Part shown: positions 1-9,029 of the stretch, one piece after another
How positions within the stretch are numbered: the first letter of the stretch is position 1
Layout: each line of letters starts with the position of its first letter
NCBI GenBank assembly: GCA_964488085.1
Contig: CAZATK010000002.1
Coordinates: 1 to 44,880, forward strand
DNA: 44,880 nt
DNA from: an uncultured Candidatus Saccharibacteria bacterium
GTDB taxonomy: Bacteria; Patescibacteriota; Minisyncoccia; UBA6257; UBA11618
Direction of reading: 5' to 3'
Position numbers and translations under genes: made by a program
Notes under the pieces: generated by a model
Told to the model about the DNA's origin: nothing
Seen by the model: only the letters and a program-made list of their open reading frames with translations
Databases searched by the model: none

Positions 1-75
1 TATAGCGCAAAAATTAGGGGCCTCTCATTATGAGATAATAACCCGTATCAACCCCTTAATTCAAAAGATTATTCA

Positions 76-618
76 ATGAGATTAGTATTTTTAATTTTCG
101 TTTTCATTTCTTCTTTATTTATTAGCGTTTATTATTTATGGAACGGTTCTTCGGCAGATTTATTGAGTTCTTTGCAGTCAAATAATAATAAAATACGAGA
201 ATACGGAGTTTTTTGTATTGGTGAAGAGCGACTGGATATCTGCTATTGGTTTGATAATAATGGCGTTTTAATAAATAAAGCTACCACTATTGTGGGTAAT
301 GTTTCTTTAAAAATTAACGAAATTTCCGATTACAAGCCAGAAATTAATAAGCAATTTTTGGATGATTATTTATGGAAAAATATGGCGTTTATAATGGAAT
401 TTTTAAAGAGTGGCAAATTGAATGTTAAAAATATTTTATTTATAAGAGACGATCAAGACTTAATTGTTATCACTAATAATGATGTAAAAATACTATTTAG
501 TTTAAGATTTAATCCTCAAAATAATATCGTCGGACTTTTGTCTGCTCTGGAAAAAAACAAAATAAAAAATGTAAGCCAAATAGATTTGAGAGTAGAAAAT
601 AAAATTTTTTATAAATAA
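76..618 (+). CDS. hypothetical membrane-anchored protein (FtsQ/DivIB-like only as a guess)
   Basis: 180-aa ORF with ATG start and an N-terminal hydrophobic helix (LVFLIFVFISSLFISVYYLW). No catalytic motif recognised. The FtsQ-like idea rests only on size and topology. Confidence 0.5.
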   Translation: MRLVFLIFVFISSLFISVYYLWNGSSADLLSSLQSNNNKIREYGVFCIGEERLDICYWFDNNGVLINKATTIVGNVSLKINEISDYKPEINKQFLDDYLWKNMAFIMEFLKSGKLNVKNILFIRDDQDLIVITNNDVKILFSLRFNPQNNIVGLLSALEKNKIKNVSQIDLRVENKIFYK

Positions 619-626
619 ATATTAAA

Positions 627-900
627 GGGGGTCCTGTCTGGTGTTTGTCTCGAAAGTACGTGGTTGATTTTCTCCAGCGAGAAAATCACCACTCGACTCT
701 CGGCTGAATTATCTAAAAAGATTGTTAAGAAGTAAATTTTAACAATCTTTTTAGAACCATGCTAATTCAGCCTCCGAGACGCCTTTCTCAACAAACACCA
801 GCCACCCCTTCACCAGCGCTTTGTAATTTATTTTTGCCTGCCTGCTGGCGGGATTCGCCTCCACGGCCTCGTCGAGGAAGAGCGGGTGGTGGCTTATATC
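627..900 (-). ncRNA. unassigned GC-rich structured element (long irregular hairpin with side arm plus GC-rich tail)
   Basis: Long-range pairing 638-648 ctggtgtttgt with 791-801 acaaacaccag. Side hairpin 660-692. Perfect 17-bp apical stem 712-728/739-755. GC-rich tail 809-900. An extended -10 (TGGTATAAT, minus strand, plus coordinates 924-932) points into it, and a U-rich tract follows the helix on the minus strand. Family not recognised and strand is tentative. Confidence 0.35.
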
Positions 901-903
901 TAA

Positions 904-960
904 ATTAAATTATTTTTAGTCAAATTATACCAACGCAGTCTTGACTAAAAATAATTTAAT
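904..960. repeat. perfect 20-bp inverted repeat with 17-nt spacer
   Basis: attaaattatttttagtcaa (904-923) is the exact reverse complement of ttgactaaaaataatttaat (941-960). The right arm carries the -35 of the plus-strand promoter and the spacer carries a minus-strand TATAAT. Confidence 0.85.
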
Positions 961-969
961 AGATATACT
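941..969 (+). promoter_or_regulatory. sigma70-type promoter TTGACT-17 nt-TATACT
   Basis: -35 TTGACT at 941-946, 17-nt spacer, -10 TATACT at 964-969. AAGGAGG at 995-1001 lies 6 nt before the TTG start at 1008. Confidence 0.6.
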
Positions 970-1007
970 GTTGTTGGTTTTTTGAAAGACAGAAAAGGAG
1001 GTGTGTC

Positions 1008-1751
1008 TTGGAAATTCAACACTGCATTGTTGGTAAAGAAGGAGTTGATTTTGGTTCCAGAGTGGGAAGACCCGAAAGAGTTCATAGAATTAGAGAGGAA
1101 CTAAAAGCCAGAGGCATTAAAAAGGTTTTTTTGCCGGATTGTGCATTTACAACAAGAATTGTGGAATTAGGGAACAATAATGAAGAGCCATGGGGTTCAG
1201 AAGTAGTTTGGACAAAAGAAAAAGCTGACGGAGTGGTGGTATCAGAACCGAATGTGGCAGTAGGCCTCTGCAATGGCGATTGTCCCGCAGTAATTATTCA
1301 TGATACAGACACCAATAGACTTATCCTTTTACATTGTGGAACGCGGTGCTTAATTCCAAAGCATGACGATAGTATAATTTTACATGCTTTCCGTCAATAT
1401 AAACTCAATCCGAAAAGAGTACGGATTATAGTTGGGTATGGTGTTGGACCTTGTTGTTATGGGATTGGTTTTTTAAGAAAAATAATTTTTCAAGTCACAA
1501 ATTTTCCAAGAACAGTTGGTTTGCCTGTTCCTTATGAACTCAAATTTGGCGTGGCTTGCAAGGGTCCAAGAAGGGGAAAGACTTCTTTAGATCTATATAA
1601 TCTTATAAGAAAACAATTGTCTTGGCAGCTTGAAGTTCCCAGAGATAATATAGAGATTAATGATTCATGCACAGCTTGTGCTGGCTACCATTCTTATAGT
1701 TATAAAGGAAAAAATGCCGGCAGAAACTTAGTATTGGCGTGGATGGCGTAG
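1008..1751 (+). CDS. YfiH/PgeF-family (DUF152, laccase-domain) protein, divergent
   Basis: 247 aa with TTG start behind a strong SD. Family-like motifs ADGVVV, NGDCPAV, LLHCGTRC and C-terminal CTAC..YHSYSY. GC visibly higher than neighbours. Confidence 0.55.
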   Translation: MEIQHCIVGKEGVDFGSRVGRPERVHRIREELKARGIKKVFLPDCAFTTRIVELGNNNEEPWGSEVVWTKEKADGVVVSEPNVAVGLCNGDCPAVIIHDTDTNRLILLHCGTRCLIPKHDDSIILHAFRQYKLNPKRVRIIVGYGVGPCCYGIGFLRKIIFQVTNFPRTVGLPVPYELKFGVACKGPRRGKTSLDLYNLIRKQLSWQLEVPRDNIEINDSCTACAGYHSYSYKGKNAGRNLVLAWMA

Positions 1752-1767
1752 ATTTTTTCAAAAGTAG

Positions 1768-1791
1768 TCCCCTTTATAGGGGATTTTTTTT
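1768..1791 (+). terminator. rho-independent terminator
   Basis: Stem tcccc/gggga with loop tttata, followed by T8. Confidence 0.6.
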
Positions 1792-1813
1792 ATGCTAAAA
1801 TCAAGTCCTATTT

Positions 1814-2671
1814 ATGAATAAATTATCTATTGGCATTATTGGTCTGCCCAATGTTGGAAAATCTACGCTGTTTAAACTTTTAACCAAAAAAGAGGTCAAT
1901 ATTGCCAACTATCCTTTTTGTACTATTGATCCCAATATTGGCGTGGTGACTGTTCCCGATGAGCAATTAGAAAAATTAGCTTTAATGAGTAAATCAGAAA
2001 AAATTATTCCGGCTGTAGTGGAATTTTATGACATTGCCGGATTAGTTAAGGGGGCTAATAAGGGGGAGGGATTAGGCAATAAGTTTCTTTCTCACATAAG
2101 AGAAGTAAATGCGATAGTGGAAGTTTTAAGAGTTTTTAAAGATGAGGACATTATCCATGTGGAAAATTCCGTGGATCCTATTCGTGATTTAGAAATTATT
2201 GACACGGAATTGAAATTGAAAGATTTAGAGTCTAAAGAAAAAATAAATCTTCTTGCCGTTAAACCAAAAATATATTTTATAAATGGTAGAGAGGAAGATG
2301 TAAGCCAAGCATTGAAAGACAAAATAAACAGCGAGGGCTCTGCTTATATCGTGGCGGATTTAAAAGAAAATCCCGACATGTCTTTTTTAATCAAAGAGAC
2401 ATATAAAATTCTTAATTTAATGAGTTTTTTTACAACCGGAGAGAAAGAGAGTAGGGCATGGACGATTATTAAGGGTTCTAAAGCACCTCAAGCCGCAGGA
2501 GTAATACACACGGATTTTGAGAAAAAGTTTATTAGAGCGGAAGTAATTAATAATTTGAAATTGCTTGAAGCCGGAGGGTGGCAACAAGCAAAAGCAAAGG
2601 GATGGATAAGATTAGAAGGGAAGGACTACATCGTAGAAGAAGGGGATGTATTAGTTATAAGACACGGCTAG
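1814..2671 (+). CDS. ychF: ribosome-binding ATPase YchF (short form)
   Basis: GLPNVGKSTLF P-loop, NYPFCTIDPN, and C-terminal TGS-like HTDFEKKFIRAEV..EGKDYIVEEGDV. At 285 aa versus about 360, the central helical insertion appears absent. Confidence 0.9.
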   Translation: MNKLSIGIIGLPNVGKSTLFKLLTKKEVNIANYPFCTIDPNIGVVTVPDEQLEKLALMSKSEKIIPAVVEFYDIAGLVKGANKGEGLGNKFLSHIREVNAIVEVLRVFKDEDIIHVENSVDPIRDLEIIDTELKLKDLESKEKINLLAVKPKIYFINGREEDVSQALKDKINSEGSAYIVADLKENPDMSFLIKETYKILNLMSFFTTGEKESRAWTIIKGSKAPQAAGVIHTDFEKKFIRAEVINNLKLLEAGGWQQAKAKGWIRLEGKDYIVEEGDVLVIRHG

Positions 2672-5199
2672 CCCCCATTCGCCTTAACATACTTTAAGAA
2701 GGCGTTCCAAGTAGCGTAAGTAAAATCTTTATTATTACTCTTAACCTCTTTTATTATTTGGGCAAAATCAGTATCGTCGGTTTTTTTATTTTTGTTTGCC
2801 CAAGCAGCTAATACATTTTTCATGAAAAAGACGGCATCGGCGGTTGTTGCTCCGTATGTTCCCGGCTTAACAGTTCCTTTTTTAAATGAAGTGGCTAAAC
2901 TTTCTGCTTGCGGTCCCATTTTAACTTTAGCCAGAACTTCTGTTTGGAGCGTGGCAACATTTTCCCCCTTACTTCCTGATTTAAGAGGGATTGTCATTAT
3001 ATATTTAACCATTTTAGAAATCGGTGTTTCTACTGGAGCCGAAGCTTTTGGAGTTGGTTGTACTGGGGCGGTAACAGTTGGCGCAACCGTTGTAACAGCA
3101 ACCGTAGCAACAGCGACTGGGGCGACTCCTTCATTTTTTATAGCTATTGCAACTCCAAATTTAGAATCATTAATATCTTTAGGTTCCCAATTTAATCCCC
3201 ACGTATCAGTTTCAGAACCATATACAGCCGTAACATCGGCGGCTGTCCAAGCTGTGGTACTGGCATTGTCTGTGCCTACTATACTGCCATTCTTTACTAA
3301 TTTGACTGATAAATCTTTAATAACCTCCGTACCGCCTTCTGTTCCTCTTTTTATTTTAACTTTAATACCATCAACTTTTTTAGCGTTGGATGCAATAAAG
3401 AATTTACAATCAGTTGCTTTAAGCCATTTCGTTTCTTTATTAGGCATCGTGGTTGCATTTGCCTTAACATTGTCGGTTACTCCAGCTTTTTCTGGTGATG
3501 ACCATTCTATTGAACCAGTTCCACTTTCATTGACAAAAGAATTACAATTATTTATTTTGCCTTTATTTTCATATCCAACTTTACTAAATTCTCCATAAAC
3601 TGTTATTTCAACGCTATCTATTGTAGCTTTTGTTGATTTAGTTGGTGCGGATACTAATATGTCCTTATTCATCGCTTCTAATATCTTATCTTTATAATCT
3701 TTAACAGAAGAGAAAGAAGACTTACCTAACCTTTTACAACCATTAACTATAACGACCATATCCTCAATTTTCTTATTGTCTGATGAATCAGATTTATAAA
3801 TTCTGCTGACGGCATCCACGGTTTCATCAAAGAACCATAATAAATATCCATAAACTTCTAATTCGTCATCTAATACGCCTGTTTCAATTTTACCTTGCAA
3901 AACTTGTGTTAAACACGAAACAAGACCTGGTTGAATCTGGCTAGATTCATTGAAATAATTAATGCCACCACCTCCGGAAGTAAATGAACCCGGCGCCGCA
4001 GTATAGGTTAAGGTAGTGGGCAGGGCTTTAGCTACTAAATCAGAAACATTATTAACTTTTTTCCAGTACTGATCTTGATAATAAGATTTTGTTGACAGTT
4101 GTTTATCTCTATTGAGTGACTGCGCCAAGTACATGCGGTTATTATTGCTTACTACTGGTTCTGATAGTAGTTTTTCTTTTTGGGATGGATTTTGGCCGCG
4201 GAAAAATTCTATTAAAGGGGCAAGAGACTCACGGTAAAAACTGCTGGCTTTGATTGTTCTGATGATATCTGACCCTATTGAGCCAACGGTGCCAGCGGTT
4301 GGAAAGAATCTTTCTAAAACTTTTCTTCCTCTTCCTCTTTTTTCTTCTACTACTGCCGATATCTCATTTTCTTTAAGCCCCCCAATTCTTTCTTCAGATA
4401 ATCCTTTTGCGGGTTCGCTAATATAGGGAATGTCAACGATTGGTAGTTGTGGCTCAACTATTTCTTGTTTTTTAGGCAAAAGATTTTCAGCTGCCTTGGT
4501 ATATGCATTTATTGTAGATTCATTAGGATTTTGTATAATTATCCAGGACCATTCAGCGAATATTTTAATAATCTCTTTATTTTTTTCAGGGTCATTATTA
4601 TTTAAGTAATACATAAGGACTCCTTCAAAAGCCTTATCCAACTTACTTATTGCATTAAGCAAGCTAAGGTTATTACTTGGTTGAGATATTAAATTATCCA
4701 TATTAAAAGCTAGATTTGACACAGCAGCAGCTGTTTCTGGAGACATGCCTATTGTATTTATTATTGCATTCACTACGAGAGTTAGGGCCTTTGTAGTGGC
4801 AGATTCTCTAATTATTGGCGTTCCTGGTGGAAGATTATAGGTTGTTGGGGCATAGGAAGTTCCTGACGGCATAGTCGGATAAATTGTTTCCGTTGTTGCT
4901 GGATAGGTTGTTCCTGTTGGTGCTGGATAGGTTGTTCCTGTTGGTGCTGGATAGGTTGTTCCCGTTGTTGTATCTACATATGTTCCTGTTGGTGTTGATG
5001 GAGCAGTGTATGTTGTTGGATATGTTTCAGTTGTTGGGTAGGTTGTCCCTGTTGTTGGATAAGTTGTTCCCGTTGTTGGATAGGTTGTTTCTTGTAGAAA
5101 AAAAATCCGAAACCAAGAAGGAAATTCTATCGCATTAACGACCGATAAATTATTGCTCAATAAAAAAGCGATTAACAAAAAAGAAAAAATTTGTCCCAT
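2668..5199 (-). CDS. secreted Thr/Pro/Tyr-repeat protein with C-terminal peptidoglycan-binding-like domain
   Basis: 843 aa with signal peptide MGQIFSFLLIAFLLSNNLSVVNA. TTYPTTG/TTYPAPTG repeats. The C-terminus, GSKGENVATLQ...PGTYGATTADAVFFMKN, resembles PG_binding_1. Confidence 0.8.
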   Translation of the reverse strand: MGQIFSFLLIAFLLSNNLSVVNAIEFPSWFRIFFLQETTYPTTGTTYPTTGTTYPTTETYPTTYTAPSTPTGTYVDTTTGTTYPAPTGTTYPAPTGTTYPATTETIYPTMPSGTSYAPTTYNLPPGTPIIRESATTKALTLVVNAIINTIGMSPETAAAVSNLAFNMDNLISQPSNNLSLLNAISKLDKAFEGVLMYYLNNNDPEKNKEIIKIFAEWSWIIIQNPNESTINAYTKAAENLLPKKQEIVEPQLPIVDIPYISEPAKGLSEERIGGLKENEISAVVEEKRGRGRKVLERFFPTAGTVGSIGSDIIRTIKASSFYRESLAPLIEFFRGQNPSQKEKLLSEPVVSNNNRMYLAQSLNRDKQLSTKSYYQDQYWKKVNNVSDLVAKALPTTLTYTAAPGSFTSGGGGINYFNESSQIQPGLVSCLTQVLQGKIETGVLDDELEVYGYLLWFFDETVDAVSRIYKSDSSDNKKIEDMVVIVNGCKRLGKSSFSSVKDYKDKILEAMNKDILVSAPTKSTKATIDSVEITVYGEFSKVGYENKGKINNCNSFVNESGTGSIEWSSPEKAGVTDNVKANATTMPNKETKWLKATDCKFFIASNAKKVDGIKVKIKRGTEGGTEVIKDLSVKLVKNGSIVGTDNASTTAWTAADVTAVYGSETDTWGLNWEPKDINDSKFGVAIAIKNEGVAPVAVATVAVTTVAPTVTAPVQPTPKASAPVETPISKMVKYIMTIPLKSGSKGENVATLQTEVLAKVKMGPQAESLATSFKKGTVKPGTYGATTADAVFFMKNVLAAWANKNKKTDDTDFAQIIKEVKSNNKDFTYATWNAFLKYVKANGG
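4897..5092 (-). repeat. in-frame tandem coding repeats (3 x 24 nt and 3 x 21 nt)
   Basis: tgctggataggttgttcctgttgg at 4897-4920 and 4921-4944, with a variant copy at 4945-4968. 21-nt units gttgttgg[gr]ta[ga]gttgt... at 5030-5092. They encode the TTYP repeats. Confidence 0.85.
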
Positions 5200-5206
5200 G
5201 CTCTAA

Positions 5207-5998
5207 TTATAGCAAATACCCAACTTTTTTTAACCAATATTCATTTTCCCACTCCCATAATTTTTTTGCCCCCAAAAAAGCTTGAAAATCCTCTTGCCAA
5301 TAGGGAAATTCTTTAAGTTCTACCACTCCCTTTAACTCCATCCACTCGTGTTTTCCACAGCCCTCCTTATCTACACAGTCTTTCCAGCCATAGGGCAGGG
5401 GATATGGTTTTCGTATTTTATCTCTTCCGCCCTTGCTTCTCATTGTGGATCTGCATATTTCGCAAGTTTTAATTTGATCAATGCGCATTATCCAGCGAGT
5501 TTGTAAATTTTTGAATTGATCTTTTAAAGCGTCAACATAAGCTGATGTTTGTAAATTATAATCTCTATATATTGATTGCGATGTTTTGATGTCTAGAACG
5601 CCGAATTTACCATCAATCAGAGCCAGCGTGTCTACTGTGCCCGCATAGCGATGTTTGGGATTAACAACTCTTTTTTCCACATATTCCGGAGAGACCTGAA
5701 TTTTATTTTTGCTTATAAAATTTACGGCCGCTTTTATTGCGGGAGCGATTGATGGGTCAATGGTGGGGGATTCCCCTATTAAAATCTTTTCAAATGCCTC
5801 ATGGATTAATGTGCCTTCGGCAGCTGACTTAGTTTTTATATCTTCACCGGCCTGAAATGTTCCGAGCTCTGCATAAAACTTATATAATGCTGGTTTGGCT
5901 TTTATTTCCACTATCTTAGTCACTCGGGGATACCAGATACCGTCTATGACATATCCGCACTGCTCTTTAAAATTATCGGCATTATTAAATTGATACAT
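5207..5998 (-). CDS. PD-(D/E)XK (RecB/Cas4/lambda-exonuclease-like) nuclease with Cys-rich insertion
   Basis: 263 aa. GTLIHE, GTVDTLALIDGKFGVLDIKTSQ (D..D-x-K) and QTSAY (QxxxY), then CEIC...C..C..H, a zinc-ribbon-like segment. Confidence 0.7.
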   Translation of the reverse strand: MYQFNNADNFKEQCGYVIDGIWYPRVTKIVEIKAKPALYKFYAELGTFQAGEDIKTKSAAEGTLIHEAFEKILIGESPTIDPSIAPAIKAAVNFISKNKIQVSPEYVEKRVVNPKHRYAGTVDTLALIDGKFGVLDIKTSQSIYRDYNLQTSAYVDALKDQFKNLQTRWIMRIDQIKTCEICRSTMRSKGGRDKIRKPYPLPYGWKDCVDKEGCGKHEWMELKGVVELKEFPYWQEDFQAFLGAKKLWEWENEYWLKKVGYLL

Positions 5999-6042
5999 TG
6001 TTGTTTGTGTTTGATTTTAACACAGATTACCTTCAGAGACCC

Positions 6043-6231
6043 AAACCAAAATCCTTACTTCTCTCAACCCCTTACGGTCGCTCCAGCGGCGACCTCCAGT
6101 TCTTCTCGCCACGGCGAAGTTTTTGTTTTAAGGATAATTGTAACAAAAACACCTCGCTCGTGATTCTATTAAGAATCACTTCGCTAGCTTCGCCTGCTCG
6201 AAAGGTTTCGAGTAAGTAAGGATTTTGGTTT
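6043..6231. ncRNA. unassigned GC-rich multi-helix element closed by a perfect 18-bp helix
   Basis: aaaccaaaatccttactt (6043-6060) is the exact reverse complement of 6214-6231. Internal hairpins at 6076-6094, 6102-6119, 6119-6150 (9 bp), 6160-6179 (8 bp) and 6197-6212. Family and strand unknown. Confidence 0.4.
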
Positions 6232-6285
6232 ATTGAAAAGAGAACCCTTTTATATACTGTCGCACAATATACCTTTTGCGACACA

Positions 6286-7611
6286 CTACTCATTATGATT
6301 ATGATGATCCTCGTCTTCTGATTCAAATAAGCCACCGCTTCGGCCCATGTTTTCGATGTACAAAGCCAGTCCCTGTGAATCCAAATAACTTAATGGATTA
6401 ATATCTCCTCCTGATGGCATTAATCCGCAACTTTTACTTGATCTCATACTAAATGAATTTCCATCATAAACGGTAAAGTGCAAATGAGATCCAGTAGAAT
6501 AGCCAGTATTGCCGACATATCCAATAATATCCCCCCTCTTAATTTGTGAGCCAGGAGTAGTTGATATTTGAGAAAGATGGGCAAAAAGGGTCACTAAATT
6601 GTTTGAGTGTCTTATTACTATGTATTTTCCATACGCTCCTTTACGACAAAATTGGTCCTGATTACCAGTATTGAGGACAATTCCGTCATCTGGAGCCACG
6701 ATAGTCGTCCCAATTGGCGCTCCGATATCTATGCCGTTATGCCACTTACCTTTATAACCATAGCGTGCAAATTTAGTCGCTCCATATCCCTGGGTCATCT
6801 TACGTCCGATAATTGGCCAACTTAAAACTCCGGCCCTGCGCGCCGGTAAAGCGTTAGGATCGATCCTAGCACGCAAATCCGCTTCAAATTGTTCGATTTC
6901 TTCGGCAATTTGAACTTGTTTCTTCGCTAATTCATCAATTATCTGCTGATAAATTTTTTCTTGATTCTTAGTATCGGATAATAATATTTGCCTCTCTTTT
7001 TTCTCATCTTCTACTAATACTTTGCGAACTTTTAAGTTTTGTTGTTCTTTTTCTTTGCTAGATTTCTTTTTGGATGCAGTTTCTAATTTTTCATCCAAAT
7101 TTAATTTGAGATCTTGTAACTCATTTTCTTCTTCATATAATTGGTTTTTGACATCGCTTAGGGCCTCGCTTTCCGTAATTCCTTCTGCCAGGGTTTTATT
7201 TTTTAAAAATACTATCAAGAAATCTTCGGCGTCTTGCGACTGTATTTCTCTTAATATTTTATTGATTGCGCTTTTTTTTAGGTCAATTTTTTGTTTGGTC
7301 TTATCTATATCATATTGTAAGGATTCAATTTCTAAATTCAGTTTATCTATAGTTACCTCGCTAAGATTGATATTCAAATTAAGCTGATAAATATTACTGC
7401 TGGCCTTTTTCAATTCTTGCTGTAATGTTTGACTTTTTTCTGTTGTTTCCAGTAATGTTTTTTGCGTTTCTTGAATTTTGTTATTAATTTCTTGTAATTG
7501 TTTAGATTTATCTAGTATGGAGTTTTGTAATTGTTCTGGAGCTAAAATGCCCCATGCCTTGTTAGTTAGTATAAAAACAATAAAAAATATGACTGATAGA
7601 AGGCGTTTCAT
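6286..7611 (-). CDS. M23-family metallopeptidase with N-terminal coiled coil (EnvC-like)
   Basis: Signal peptide and a long heptad-rich region. HNGIDIGAPIGT and GNTGYSTGSHLHF motifs. Acidic, His-rich tail. Confidence 0.9.
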   Translation of the reverse strand: MKRLLSVIFFIVFILTNKAWGILAPEQLQNSILDKSKQLQEINNKIQETQKTLLETTEKSQTLQQELKKASSNIYQLNLNINLSEVTIDKLNLEIESLQYDIDKTKQKIDLKKSAINKILREIQSQDAEDFLIVFLKNKTLAEGITESEALSDVKNQLYEEENELQDLKLNLDEKLETASKKKSSKEKEQQNLKVRKVLVEDEKKERQILLSDTKNQEKIYQQIIDELAKKQVQIAEEIEQFEADLRARIDPNALPARRAGVLSWPIIGRKMTQGYGATKFARYGYKGKWHNGIDIGAPIGTTIVAPDDGIVLNTGNQDQFCRKGAYGKYIVIRHSNNLVTLFAHLSQISTTPGSQIKRGDIIGYVGNTGYSTGSHLHFTVYDGNSFSMRSSKSCGLMPSGGDINPLSYLDSQGLALYIENMGRSGGLFESEDEDHHNHNE

Positions 7612-7628
7612 TATTAATTTAATTAATT

Positions 7629-9029
7629 TTATTGTAACTTATTAACGGCAATTTGAATTCTTCTTAAAGATTCTTCTTTGCCTAGTATATCTATTATTTC
7701 TAGCGGACCAGGAGATTCTTTTAAGCCCGAAAGAGATACTCTAAGCGGCCAAAATATTTCTCCACGTCCTTTTTTTTCTGCGACTTCTGGAATATCCCTT
7801 TCTTTATTTTCTTCGATTAGCTTGTAAACTATCTGCAAGGATTTCGCAATTTCTTCTTTTGTCATGTTTTGCCATCCTAATATTTGCGCGTCATAATCGG
7901 GCAGTTGAAAGAAAAATAAGGATAAATCGGCAAATTGACCGATGGTTTGAGCGCGATCCTTATACAGCTTTATTATTTTTAAGTTTTTATCAGAAACTTC
8001 CCAATTTAATTTTTGAAGTATTTCTTCATTAGATAGTTTTTTAATGTATTGAGCGTTAATCCAGGCCAATTTATCGGCATTAAAAACAGCGCCGGCTTTT
8101 TGCGCTTTTGATAAATTCATTATCTGAATTAATTGCTCCAATGAAAAAATTTCCTGATTATCTTGAGGATGCCAGCCTAAAAGAGAAAGAAAATTTACTA
8201 CAGCTTCCGGCAGATATCCCCGATTTCTGTATTCTTCAATGGTAGTTGCAGAAAACCTCTTAGACATTTTACTTCTGTCAGGATCAAGAATGAGAGGCAG
8301 ATGGGCATAATGAAGTTTATTAAAATCAAAGGCCTCGCCAAGAAGAATTTGTTTTGGAGTATTGGCAATATGATCCTCGCCCCTTATCACATGAGTTATT
8401 TGCATCTCTTGGTCGTCAATAGCAACGGCAAAATTATAAAGCGGTGTTTTTATATCTTTAGCTATTGCTATGTCGCCCATCATTGCGGTATCAAAACTAA
8501 TTTCTCCCCTAATCATATCCCTAAAAGAAACTTTTCTTTCCGGCATTTTAAACCTAATGAGCTGCGGTTCTCTGTTTTTAGGCGGATTGTTAAGACAGCG
8601 TCTGCTATATCTAGGGGCTAGTCCTTGAGAAAGCATGGCTTGTCTTTCCTCCTCTAATTCTTCTTTAGTGCAATAGCAATAATAGGCGTTTCCTTTGTCT
8701 AATAATTGTTTAAGATATTTTTCGTAGATATCTAGTCGTTCGCTTTGTCTGTATGGCCCAAAGCCACCTTTATATTCATTAGTAAATAATTGTCCTTCAG
8801 CCGCAATATTTTTTGGCCCTTCGTCCCAATCTAGTCCTAACCAATGCAAACTTTCTATTATGTCTTTTTCAAATTTTTTATCCGATCTTTCTAAGTCGGT
8901 ATCTTCAATGCGCAGAATAAATTGCCCATTATTTTTTTTAGCAAAAAGATAATTAAAAAGAGCGGTACGAGCAGTACCTATATGCAAAAAACCCGTCGGT
9001 GAAGGGGCTATCCTTACCCGAACTTTCAT
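7629..9029 (-). CDS. gltX: glutamyl-tRNA synthetase
   Basis: HIGTAR (HIGH) and KMSKR (KMSKS) motifs; 466 aa. Confidence 0.93.
   Translation of the reverse strand: MKVRVRIAPSPTGFLHIGTARTALFNYLFAKKNNGQFILRIEDTDLERSDKKFEKDIIESLHWLGLDWDEGPKNIAAEGQLFTNEYKGGFGPYRQSERLDIYEKYLKQLLDKGNAYYCYCTKEELEEERQAMLSQGLAPRYSRRCLNNPPKNREPQLIRFKMPERKVSFRDMIRGEISFDTAMMGDIAIAKDIKTPLYNFAVAIDDQEMQITHVIRGEDHIANTPKQILLGEAFDFNKLHYAHLPLILDPDRSKMSKRFSATTIEEYRNRGYLPEAVVNFLSLLGWHPQDNQEIFSLEQLIQIMNLSKAQKAGAVFNADKLAWINAQYIKKLSNEEILQKLNWEVSDKNLKIIKLYKDRAQTIGQFADLSLFFFQLPDYDAQILGWQNMTKEEIAKSLQIVYKLIEENKERDIPEVAEKKGRGEIFWPLRVSLSGLKESPGPLEIIDILGKEESLRRIQIAVNKLQ

Noticed and set aside
627-900. tmRNA, SRP RNA, T-box and 6S assignments for the structured block
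   Set aside because: tmRNA needs a T arm and an ...CCACCA acceptor end, and neither strand has them; GGCGGGATTCGCC cannot form a T arm. No GGAA/AGCAG helix-8 motif for SRP. GGGTGGTGG only partly matches the T-box consensus GGGUGGUACCGCG, there is no specifier or AGAGA features, and the downstream gene has its own promoter. The branching is unlike 6S.
2792-3598. 268-aa plus-strand ORF, and the 84-aa ORF at 4884-5138
   Set aside because: Both lie entirely antisense to the 843-aa secreted-protein gene. The translations are low-complexity (TVxATV, LLVLDRLF repeats) and simply mirror the sense repeats.
5998-6335. 73-aa (+) and 87-aa (-) ORFs
   Set aside because: They cover the structured GC-rich element at 6043-6231. 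They have no SD, the composition is odd, and hairpin arms are translated in both directions.
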